A stretch of DNA of 48,148 bases, filler included, from Dimargaris cristalligena (Eukaryota): assembly GCA_003614675.1 (NCBI GenBank). It is 2 parts of 2 records of this genome, joined end to end, with 100 filler letters (N's around TTAATTAATTAA, not from the genome) between each part and the next. Parts side by side here need not be neighbours in the genome. Positions count along the whole stretch, not along the records: positions 24,137 to 48,148 come from ML002599.1; 1 more part is not named here. One strand, 5' to 3'. Of this stretch, positions 24,440-34,987 are shown piece by piece. The first letter of the stretch is position 1. Every line of letters starts with the position of its first letter. The notes beneath the pieces are model-generated. The model did no database searches and was not told where the DNA came from. It saw only the letters and a program-made list of their open reading frames with translations. The position numbers were made by a program, and so were the translations under genes.

Positions 24440-26230
24440 ATTGTGACACCGCTGGTAGAGCTGAAGTTAGGGTACCCAAGATGGAGGCCATCTTGTGGGT
24501 GGGGACTATTTGGGCTTGCAGTAACCGGCAGCCCTGCAGGATCAATTGACATTTCTTATTGGGTAGGAATGTCCGCATCTGCTGAGTATTGATAGTCATC
24601 CCCAGGAAGTCCATCTGCTAGGTGGGGGTCAGAATTGATTTCTTCCAGTTGATAGGGAAACCCAGGGTTTGTAGATGACCCAAAATTTTGGCCAAATCCT
24701 TCTGCACCTGGGTAAATGATGGGGATACAATAGCTATATCATCCAGGTAATAGGACAATACAATTCCCTGGGCCCAAAATGGATCAATGGCTGCCTTCAT
24801 GACCCAGGAAAAAACCACTGGGGCTGTAGCCAGGCCAAAAGGCAAGGGACTGGTACTGGTATACCTGGCCCTGGCATTGTATGGAAAGGTATGGCTGGGA
24901 ATCCTAGTGGATAGGGACTGTTAGGTAGGCATCCTTGATATCCACCTTGGTCAAGTAAGCCCCAGGGGTAACCATAGAGTTGAATACAGTTAGACCCTCC
25001 ATTTTGAACTGGGGAATACAAATGAATTAGTTGATTTGGTGTAAATCCACTAGCGGTCATCATTTATCCACTTCCTATTTCATAAACAGGTTTGAGCAGT
25101 AGCCTTGCTGGTTAGTCTTGCCTAGTTCTAGGGCCTGGCACTGGCATAATTTATTGATTACTTTAGTGATCCTGGCCTGGTTGATGGCTGTGGTATGGAA
25201 GGGTTGGGGTATCTCCCATATGGGGGTGGATTTCCATATTACCTGATACCCAAATTGGATAACCTGGTGTACCCAGGGGTCCTTGGTTAATTAGAGCCAC
25301 TGGGGGTGAAAGTGGGATAAGCAGCCCTTGGGAGCAATCCTGTTGTCCAGTTTCCTATAGTGTTCAGTCATCTGTAGTGGGGCCACCTGCCCCAGGCCTA
25401 TTGTGGATTAGTGTTGGTCGGCTATGATTGGCTGGTTGGTACTAATCCTGGTCGATTGTTCGGGGGATGGCTAGGTTTTTTCCCTTGGTAGTTTTTTGAA
25501 CTGGGAAATTTCCCTCAACTACTGAAGTTTTGACTATTTCTAGTCTGGTTGGTGCACCACTTGAGCAGGCTTTCATTGACCTGGCACTAGCTATCTTAGC
25601 TTTCTTCTCGATGGATAAACTCAAGGGCTCAGTCCCCAAAGAGGATGTTGGACTGCTGGCTAGTAATGGACATGGCCTGGTGGTGGAGATCATTGGGGAT
25701 GCAGGTCTGCTGCAGCACATGCTTCTGGCAGTCTTCAGTGGTGATGGCATGGAAATGCACATTGATAATGAATATGTATTAGATATATTCTAAGTGTTAT
25801 TCAATAGTGATGTACCCATTGGTGATGCCATAGGCTGAGAGGGTAAGGGTAGTGAGCCCCTCACAGACTCCTTTGAATCAGTACTGGTTTTATTCCAATA
25901 GGGTATCATAGGCCAGTTCTTTGGCCCCTAATTTTTTTTGCCAGTGGGGTTCCAGTCGGGGCATACACAGCCACTTGTCTAAAGACTTTGGAACCCAGTC
26001 TACAAGGGTGGTGAGTGTGGGCCCCATAAGGATGTACCACTTTGGATCCTCAAAGCACAGTTCAGCAATTTTGGGCTGGAGTTTGGGCCAGCCCTCATCC
26101 AATCAGTGGATAATTATGATTGGCTGGGAGTGAGTAATCTCTTCCAGCTGTTGGTGTAATGCAATGATGATTTCTTTTGAGTCATCATCAGGTCCGTTTT
26201 GAGTGGGGTACTCATAGCCAGTCATAACAG
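24440..26230 (-). mobile_element. Decayed DIRS-like (tyrosine recombinase class) retrotransposon: degenerate gag-like ORF (~26230-25440) and RT pseudogene (~25340-24440); boundaries approximate
   Basis: Minus-strand translation through stops and frameshifts gives GCLSHFHPQWL*LTKDPWVHQVIQFGYQ, *PLVDLHQIN*FI..PQFKME, KVDIKDAYLTVPIH, LPFGLATAP, YLDD and LGFPINWKKSILTPT*QMDFLGMTIN, all characteristic of DIRS1-type RT. RNase H and recombinase regions are not seen. Confidence 0.85.
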
Positions 26231-26502
26231 TTTTTAAGGCAGCTTGCCAGTTAGACGGATGGAAAGAAGAATGTTTTTATTTAAAAGTAAAGTAAACAAG
26301 TATGGTATCAGGCACTGTAAAGATGCAGAGTCACGGGCTTTAAAAGGGTCTATAGTACTACTGGGGCAGGTGAGGCCTGCCATATATACCCAAGGGCATA
26401 TAGGGGCCTCGGAAAAATTACTAAATAAAGCAAGTCGCAGCTTTAGGAGCCGTCGATTCCCATAATAGAAGGGGCAATAACGATTAAATGAGCCTGCGAT
26501 GT

Positions 26503-26620
26503 TTAATGAAAAATCCATTTGATGAGGCAAGTACTACTGGTTGAAAATAAACATCCCACCAATTTTCCCATATACATAGTGGTTAAAACCTTATACAACC
26601 AAGTTGAACTTCACCCATAT
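26503..26620 (-). mobile_element. MITE copy 6, inverted, one TIR missing
   Basis: GAAAAATCCATTTGATGAGGCAAGTACTACTGGTTGAAAATAAACATCCCACC ... GAACTTCACCC-ATAT is the reverse complement of copies 1 and 7. About 26 bp of the left end is absent. Confidence 0.85.
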
Positions 26621-27283
26621 CAACAGAAGATATTCGTGGTAGGTGAAAGACATACCCAGATCTGGACCTGGAAATTGATCGGACGATTCTGCTAGTCTTT
26701 TTTCTGCCGATACATGAAGAAACTGTAGAGATATACCATCTAGAGGCGTTTATTTGGACAATGGGGCAACATAGTCAACACCACTAGATGTTTCAAAATC
26801 AACAGGGGACGAATACCCTTACCCTTTTGTTGTACTATTTCATCAGGGCTCCTGAATTATAAAAGATCTTCCAAATACTTTACAATCTAAAAATCGGTCA
26901 AATAAGTTGGCATAAAAATTTATTAAACTAGGCTATTGGGGAAGTGACAGAGTCAGTTAGGACATCATGGTTCATGGATATACAAAATGCGGGACCTCGT
27001 TTGAAGTAAATGCGAATAAATGAATGAAAGGTGGTCGAAATGAAATGCAGTAAAGAGCTATTTCTTACAAAGTAGCACCTTAAGCTAAGTAGTATATGGT
27101 GGCCGCATGACTAGTGGTGGTGAGTCGGGAGAACCCGACGGGATGTCCTCAGTAAAAAAATTATAAATGTTGAAATGGTGTTGGTACTGCGTTGGTGCTC
27201 TTTACCTTACACCATAATATTTTAAGGGTATATATGAATTGAATTATGCAGAAGTCACTAAGGCTGTTTTATGCAGGCACAAC

Positions 27284-28504
27284 TTAGTAACTCGGCAAAA
27301 GCACTTCGGAAACACGCTGGGGGTCAAACGATAGAATGGGGTTGAAATGGGCGAATTCGCGCCACACCGTCTTGGTGAACAGGGCCGAACGGTGGACCTG
27401 CAGGGCCCCGTCCTTGACGGCCAACAGCGATGCAATGGCCCGGGCCGCGGCATGGAGATTATGTCGCTGGGCTTCCTCCAATAGACTATGCATGAAGGGG
27501 TCATGGATGTGAATGATGTAACTCGCTAGGAACTGGGTCATTTCAGCAGGGGCCTCCAGCTCATGGGCCCAGGCGTAAAGGACCACCATGTAGCTGTCGG
27601 CCATGTACGCCGCGGTGTCATCCACGAGGGGATTGAACCGGTACCGGGGGTGGCGGCGGGAACCGTTGGACGAATTGGTCGACGACCACGAAGCAGCAGA
27701 AGAGGAGGAGGAAGCGATGTCGGAGTCGGTGACGGACACGGGGTTTTTCTCTAACACGCTGCGCAGTAATACCGTACTCGCCTTGATGGTCCAGTGGCGT
27801 AATAAAGGAATGAATTTGCCTAGGGTGTCGATACGATTTTCCACCACCGCCACACGGACGATATCGCGGGCCATGGCAAAAACCATCAGGGCCGCCCCGT
27901 CCGATCCAAGGGGAATTTCGTGACCGCTGACTTCGGCCAAATGGGCCACGGTTTTAAAGAATGCAAGGGCCAGTTCGTCAAACCCCTGGAATACGGCCCA
28001 CAGCAAGGGGTACTGGGTCTCAAAGTTCGGCACATTCTTGTAGTTATAGAGTTGGATGGGAGGATGACCCCGGTGCGGCTTCACAGGACGGTGGGTACCT
28101 TCATTCACGGCTTGGGTGGCGGCAAAACAGGATACTGGGGAGGCTGGGGGGGACTGGAGGTCGGCTTCGGAGGCGAAGGTTTGGAAGGGGTTATTCGGGG
28201 AGGAGGCCGGGGGAGGCGGGGAACACTCCGCTGCGTACGACTTGTAGTAGGGTTGGATGAAGGGGATCACGTCGGTCCAGGTGGCGAAGAAGAGGGCGTT
28301 GGCGTAGGTCTCTCGCAGTTCAGGGGTAACGGCTTCCGAGCCGCTGGTCTGGTAGGCGGCAAGCAGGTTGCCTATGGCCTGGCTCAGAGAAGTGGAGCGG
28401 GCAGACGGGGTGGATGGGGTGTGAAGTAGGGCAATGGGCTGGGCTACGGTTGTGCCGGGGAGGTAGCCGAGCAAGAGGGCGGGGAGGAACGAGGTGACTT
28501 TCAT
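27284..28504 (-). CDS. Hypothetical secreted protein, ~406 aa, with an N-terminal signal peptide
   Basis: Long ORF with coding-like composition. The first in-frame ATG at 28504 gives MKVTSFLPALLLGYLPGTTVA|QP, a basic-hydrophobic-small residue signal peptide pattern. The ORF-track extension to 28663 is AT-rich and begins at a non-ATG codon. Confidence 0.8.
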   Translation of the reverse strand: MKVTSFLPALLLGYLPGTTVAQPIALLHTPSTPSARSTSLSQAIGNLLAAYQTSGSEAVTPELRETYANALFFATWTDVIPFIQPYYKSYAAECSPPPPASSPNNPFQTFASEADLQSPPASPVSCFAATQAVNEGTHRPVKPHRGHPPIQLYNYKNVPNFETQYPLLWAVFQGFDELALAFFKTVAHLAEVSGHEIPLGSDGAALMVFAMARDIVRVAVVENRIDTLGKFIPLLRHWTIKASTVLLRSVLEKNPVSVTDSDIASSSSSAASWSSTNSSNGSRRHPRYRFNPLVDDTAAYMADSYMVVLYAWAHELEAPAEMTQFLASYIIHIHDPFMHSLLEEAQRHNLHAAARAIASLLAVKDGALQVHRSALFTKTVWREFAHFNPILSFDPQRVSEVLLPSY

Positions 28505-28764
28505 GGTTAATAAATAGGCTTTTATCGAAAGGGGAAAAAAGACAGTCAGGCTGCAGGTATTAAAAGGGAAGCAACGGCTGTAGTGTATAATCAAATATTT
28601 TACTACAAGGTATAATAGGGGCTTTAACCTGAGTGGTTTTGACGGCAGAATGAAACAAAACAAATGGATGGAAAAGGTAATTGGGAGTGGAGTGACTGGT
28701 TATGTCAGATAGTTGAAGGTCGAAGGAGTGATAAGGAATCAGAGGAGGGGGCAGTGAGGGCGGG

Positions 28765-28771
28765 TTTTATA
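28765..28771 (-). promoter_or_regulatory. Candidate TATA box of the secreted-protein gene
   Basis: TATAAAA on the minus strand ~260 nt upstream of the ATG, with a CCAAT just upstream of it. Confidence 0.45.
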
Positions 28772-31700
28772 CTTGGCTGTTCATTGGCTAAATGATTACT
28801 ACACTCTAATTAATGATTATTTTGATTAGAATGCTCTCTTGTTCTCGAATCGTTCCGATATCTCCGAACGGGAAGGCTAAACAGATTAGACGCGGAAGAT
28901 TCACAGCACCAACGGGTGGGGAAAGACCACTGAAGGTGTCTTATCCTCCCCACAAATTTAATATTAGAAAGAGGGAGACTTGCGATGATTCAGATAATTC
29001 TGATAGGAAAACACTGAGTTGGTTATACACGTTTCACGGGCAACCCTTATTAATGGGCGGTAGTGATAAGAAGTCCCGCCCGCAATAAGTTTCTCGAAGA
29101 GTTAGGAATCGCTCTATTCCCTACTGTTGGGTAATGAGCAATATCTGGGGCGTTTGCAGTGATCCGACTGTTCACGGTTACGAGAGAACATCGCGCCGAA
29201 GGGAAGGGGGTGCTGGCCTTATCTTGTATCTTTCCGGGATCCCCTCACCCCTGTACCACATTCCCTGCCCCATCATCATTAACTCACCATCCCTCGCCGT
29301 CCGTTTAGAAGAGTAGTCCGTACGTAAACCGGCCATTCGATGTTTTTACTGCCACAAATACCACCGCCCGCTAAAAATACACCAGGCGATAACGGGTGTG
29401 CCAGGGTGAAAAATCTAATCGATAAGATCGCCCTCACCATAAAATATTAAAACATTGCCCCGGATTTGGATAAACTAAGCGACAAGGGGAGCCGTTTTCC
29501 CCTCAGCTTCCGCTAAATATGACTAAGCGCTAAAGCGTCGCTGTGGCCTTGACATAAATTTGTCAAAATTAGACTATTTCTGGAGCAGCCGCAGCCAGCA
29601 GGGCAATACCCACTGCCAAGCACCAGCACCGCGTAAACTATGGGCCTAAACGGATGATGAAGGGATAGACCAACCATTAGATGCAATGTGCTTGTGCAAC
29701 GTTCGGGGAGCGGGGTAGTTGGTCGACTATAAAGGCGGGGTGGGATTAAGCAGCTAGCAAAAGAAAAACAAAACATGTCTGCTAGACATGGGTGTGCGGG
29801 AGAGGAGTGCCAAACTAGGTGTCGGAGGAGGACAATGGGAGAGAGACAAGCGAAAACAGCGAAGGGGTGAAGGGTGATGCAGTAGGGGGTGTCCATGGTA
29901 GCACTAACCACCATATTGGGGGGATATTCCCTCCCCTCCTTTTCAATCCCACCCAAATCACCTATCGTTTACCTCCTCTGGTGCCAGTGCACCTAACGGT
30001 TGGGATAGAAGGTGGTCCAACTACCCTATTTAAGCACCCCCCACCCGTCTTCCGCCCCAGCCATCCGATCTATCGTATAGTGGGTTCGCTCTCTGCCTTA
30101 ATAATAAACATTACTCATCTTGATTTGAACCATTGGAATGGGGTTCATCGGATGTAAGTGGCGGCAACGAAATGTTGAAATTCAGAAGGGTAGCACAGCA
30201 CACAATAAAGATATCCTTGCACACTGAAAGTAGACCAACCTCTCCTTGACTTGTCTATGCGGTAGCTTCTTGGTTTTCATATTATTTTTTTCATTATATC
30301 TTTTTGCGTACGCATCTATATTTAAGTGATAGAAATTGAGCTCCAATGACGCCATTCTGTGGGGCTGGCTCTAAAGAAGCCACCCGTAACTTAAGTGAAC
30401 AATGATGAATTGATGGGGTAAACTCAAGCGATAGGAAACCTGGTCCACGTATCCAATTTGCATTGCTCTCGTGGTTCATTCAATTATTTAATTACTTTGA
30501 AAATAATTTTTTCAACTAAGATGAACGTCCTTCACTAACTACATCATAAGCATTAATTTTTACGAGGCAGTTCATGTGGGATCTCATGTAGAATAAAAAT
30601 GCGACGAACCCAACCAGCTGCATCGACGGAGGTATGTGGTATTTAAGGTTAACCGCTAAACTCCGGTGTTTCATTTTTCCCCAATTCGATTTGAAGGGGG
30701 GGTTGGTAGTACCCTCAAGTGCGTCACTAAAAAAAACCTCAGCATAGCGAGATTATCCAGCAAGTCCATTGGTAAACACAATCAAGGCCCCTTGAAGGCC
30801 CCCCTATTGCAATTCATTGGGGTGGTTTTATTTTTATTGTTCCGTGGTCTCAGCTAAGGCATCATATTATTTTGGTTAACCGGAACCATATGCTCCACTG
30901 CCAAGAGTTTTCCCAAGCACTAACCTCGGGTTATTTCACAACCATTCAAACTGTTGATATTTGTGAAAATACCCCTGTTTATCCGAATGATATTTTGGCT
31001 ACACATTGGCTATCCACGGCGAAGCATACCCTCCCCCCTCTGCGCCGGTCCGAATAGGGGGCACTCGCCGGCAGTAGTCTGCGAAAATCACCCAGAGCCG
31101 TGTGCTAAATACAATATATACAATGGAGTCCCCACCAAGCCCACCTAATTCAATCCGCCGAGACCGTACAGTGCGCGGTGTATTACACACTCGCCTTGTT
31201 GAAAATAAGGAAATACATTCGGCTGCCTCAATCTACACTCAAGGGCCCAGTCATAGAGTACCTAATCTAGAATGGTAGGTATGGCCTGTGGAATTTTAGT
31301 TGGTTAACTGGAAATATCTGTATACTAAAATCGAATTGTGTACGGGTATGTTCTCATGAAATATTAAGGAAGTACTAGTTTGTTGGAAGTTGGGGAGGAA
31401 CTGATTTCACAGCTTCCGATGTGTTACTTGTTTCAAGCCGGTTTTATGAGCGCCTACAAGTAAATGTGTCGTTATACAATATTTTTCGGTTCCTACAAAG
31501 GCGTAGATGTCGGGGTACGGAAATCGTCACCACCTGCGTTTACTCTTTGAAATAGGGACTGGAAAAGGCGTTATTGCATTGCTTCAGACGTCACTTGATC
31601 CTGGATAAGCATCCCTGGGCCAATAGCCTGTCGGGTATTTTAAACCCGACTCACCCAACAATCACCTTCAGGTTATCCACATCGGCAACAAGTATGCCAA

Positions 31701-32768
31701 CCCATGATGCCCGTGGACTAGTTCCCACCTAATTAGTAAGGCCACGGAGGGAATCGCCAGAATATTTGGACGTTCCGCCAATTCCGACAGTTAGAGTCAA
31801 AGACGATGACTTCATCAGCAACCTCCCACCATTACCAGTGATTGCATTTCAGTAGCAGGCATAAATTGCCTGCCACTATCTGCCTAGCCAATACTGTATA
31901 CTAAATAGTATATTCCAGCATCGGCGAATTTCGCCATGGCCAGACGGACGATGGGTCACTTCGCTGATTAGAAGGGGCCTATGCTACCTACCACCCCGTG
32001 GGGCTATGCAACTCAGTGACAATGAAATGGCAATCGATCATAATGTATTGGATAACATACCCTTTAAAGGTCACGCCAAGATAATAAGGTAAAACATAGA
32101 CCGATGTAAACAGCTGGCCATTTTTATTCAAACGAATGGGTATCATACAGTGGGCTACATCAAGAAAGGCGGGCCAACTGGAAATTAAAAAGACAGTCAA
32201 AACAATAGCCGAAACCGAAAAGGAATGGGTATGCGAGAATAAAGATCATTAAATGGTGGAGGGGGAACCTAAATAACACGAACAAGATGGGATGGTCCAA
32301 TACCGAGATATTGACAGTGGCAGTTATAAAATAGAAATAACAGAGATGATTGAAGTCTAATCTCAAATGTAAAAGCACAGTGGGACGGTACCGGAAATCA
32401 TGCCAGAGGCAGAGGCCGGGGATATTACAAGAACAAGGGAGGGGGGGTTACAATTACCATTGGTGTAGCAATGGGCGAAAGGGTGTAGATAGGGAGCTAA
32501 ACTAGCTAGAAAGGAAAAGACGCGCGGTGATAATCAAAAGTCCGGGACCACCATAGAGATGGGGGATAGGAAAGGGCAGGGGATTAAATGTGGCGGTGAC
32601 AATCGCACGCTGATGGCTGATATCAAAGCCGATTACTTATGGGAACCAGCGCCATTCCAAAAATTCGACAATCAGAAGCGGAAGGTGGCTCAATACAAGC
32701 CCCCATACAACTGATCATCCGGTACCAAAATGGAGATAAGGGATTGTTCAATAAAGAAAGCCAGCCCG

Positions 32769-33374
32769 TCAAAGATCCGATGGGGGGGTTGATTGTTCAA
32801 TGATGGGAATGAAGTCAGTCATGTCCTTATCGGAGACGTACAGCTGGAAGTCCATCAACTTTAGGAAGGCCCGCTCAATACGAGCAATTTCCTCCGGAAA
32901 GGCCCACCACATGCTAGGTCGGGCACTAGGACCGGTTAAGGCAATACGAGACCATGAGCTCTGGAGGGCGGACCAGTGCATTAAAGTATTGGAGAGTTTC
33001 TGGGGAGTAAGGGAGGAGGTGTCCTCGACGTATTTGTTGGCGAGTAGGAGAGCGGCAACGAATATACGGTGGGCCGAGCCGGGCTGGGCAAGGGCCCCTT
33101 GGGGCAGGCGGGCGTGGAGACGACGGGTATAGACAATAGCGTGGAGAAGGGTGGCGTTGGTAATGTGACACTCAGACACGAGGTACTTTACAAAGGGAAT
33201 TAGTGGGGGCAAGGCAGTGGCCGACGATGACGAAGTCAATGAGTTGTAGCGGGGACCGGCGTCGACAGGGCGGAATATGGTTGCCATCACCTGAGTAGTG
33301 TGCGTTATCCATAAGGGTGAGGGCGGCTGGGACAGCTCGGCCAGGAAACTAGGTCGCAGAGGTAAAACATCCAT
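32769..33374 (-). CDS. Pho85-type cyclin (Pcl/Pho80-like cyclin box), 201 aa
   Basis: Cyclin-box motifs: LIPFVKYLV, ATLLHAIVYTRRL, HRIFVAALLLANKYVED, IARIERAFLKLMDFQLYV. Confidence 0.88.
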   Translation of the reverse strand: MDVLPLRPSFLAELSQPPSPLWITHTTQVMATIFRPVDAGPRYNSLTSSSSATALPPLIPFVKYLVSECHITNATLLHAIVYTRRLHARLPQGALAQPGSAHRIFVAALLLANKYVEDTSSLTPQKLSNTLMHWSALQSSWSRIALTGPSARPSMWWAFPEEIARIERAFLKLMDFQLYVSDKDMTDFIPIIEQSTPPSDL

Positions 33375-33981
33375 GGTATCCGTGACGGGAAATAGAAAAG
33401 ACTGGGTAGCTGAATGCAGAGATAACCGAGAAGTAAAAAGAGCCCACAGTTGGTTGGACAGAGATAAGAGAACCTGATCTTAGGTTAAGCGGGTGTAGCC
33501 AAGAAGTTGGAGCCTCAAAAGGTCCGAGGGTCGGCGGGGGAGGGGGGGGGGGTATGGGGCTAAAAATAGGATAAATTGAAAGAAGAGGAGGGAAGGAGAA
33601 CCCGGGGCACGTATTAATAAAGGCCCCTGAGGTTGGAGACGGCTGGGTAAGTGGAGAATGCGACGAGTTTAGTGGTCTATACTTGTAAAATTATGAGGGG
33701 TATGGAGGGTGACTGGATGTGTGGGGGGTGAGGAAGTTAAAAGGCGCTGCCCAAGACAAAAGAGAAGAGTGTATTCGTCGAGAAAGGCCAAAGGCGTTAA
33801 GCTGGCTAGCAAATGAGCGAGGGGTAATAATGAATGAGCAGAATAAATTGGTGAGGAAGTCTATCAAGTTTAGGAGAGAAGAAAAGGAGTGGGGGGGTGA
33901 AGGTCAATGATATTAAACTAATAAAATATAGCAGCTGTAAGGAAGAGAAAGTCGGAGAGGTTTTTGAGTTGGCAGTGTATA

Positions 33982-34010
33982 ACTACTACTACTACTACTA
34001 CTACTACTAC
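33982..34010 (+). repeat. (ACT)n microsatellite
   Basis: About 9-10 ACT units seen directly. Confidence 0.9.
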
Positions 34011-34607
34011 AAACTAGTGGGTGAGATATAGGAGTCACACCTGCAGTAGGTATTGGAAAAAAAGCAAAGGTTGCGGGCAAGACCACCAGACAACGTGGTT
34101 GAGTAGTATAAAAAGTGACTAAGGGGTATAGTCTGCAAGCAAGGTAGGTCAGCGCTGAGCCACCGGGTGACAGGTCAGGGGGGTGGATTTTAGGCGGGGG
34201 CTGACTGAGCAAGCAGAGAGAGAGCCGAAGTGGCAATATAGTAAAAATACTAAAACAGCGAACCGGATAGGGCAAGCGATAAAGCAGCTGGTTTTTCAAC
34301 CCGATTTTAGTGGACCACCGGGAATGGTGGTCGAACACAGGGGGAAAAGGGGGATATTGCGGCACAGACTCGATCAAAAAACGGAGATGTGAAGCCCGGG
34401 AAAAGGAATAAACGGTGCGGGGAGGGGAGGGGCGTATAATTCAAGGCAGTCAAGAAAGTAGGATAAGGGACGACGATGAGAACACTAGTGAGCCAGTCCG
34501 GGCAGAGCGAATGAAAAAAGAGAACTGGCAAGTAAGGGAAAGGGTCACGAGGGTTTTATGGAATCCAAAAAGTAAGGGAATAGGAGAAAGGAGGGGCGGT
34601 ATGGTGG

Positions 34608-34615
34608 TTTATATA
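34608..34615 (-). promoter_or_regulatory. Candidate TATA box of the cyclin gene
   Basis: TATATAAA on the minus strand, followed by ~1.2 kb of pyrimidine-rich sequence leading to the cyclin ATG. Confidence 0.35.
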
Positions 34616-34951
34616 GAGGGAGAGGTCCTCTCCGATTGACCAACAGCCAAAGGGATAAAGGGAGGGGAATGGCCAATAAGAAATAATGTATGCGCATACA
34701 ATACGATGCGTACCAAAACGGGTGCCGCCTAAGCAGCATATAGAGACGCCAACCAACGGCTGGCTGGGTAGCAAAAGAGTAGGGGGGATGTACACAACCG
34801 GGCCTGTGCGAGCCATCTCTCCTACAAACGAGAGGAAGGGGGTCAGCAGAGGAGTACGAGAGGGGTGTGGAATAAGAAAATGCTTGGATTCTCAAACAGA
34901 CGCGGGCCCTCTCTCTCTCTCTCTCCCCTTAACTAGTGTATCAGCTTCGGC

Positions 34952-34987
<36 letters not shown>

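Noticed and set aside
28505-28663. 53-aa N-terminal extension of the secreted protein given in the ORF track
   Set aside because: Non-ATG start in AT-rich UTR-like sequence, and it would mask the signal peptide at 28504.
30294-30530. Minus-strand LDTWT and NGVIGAQFL pieces faintly like a hAT N-terminal catalytic region
   Set aside because: Needs frameshifts and the similarity is too weak to support without a profile search.
32748-32771. Cyclin stop in a TGA-CGG readthrough-like context
   Set aside because: The extension would be only about 7 residues (xRAGFLY) with no targeting motif.
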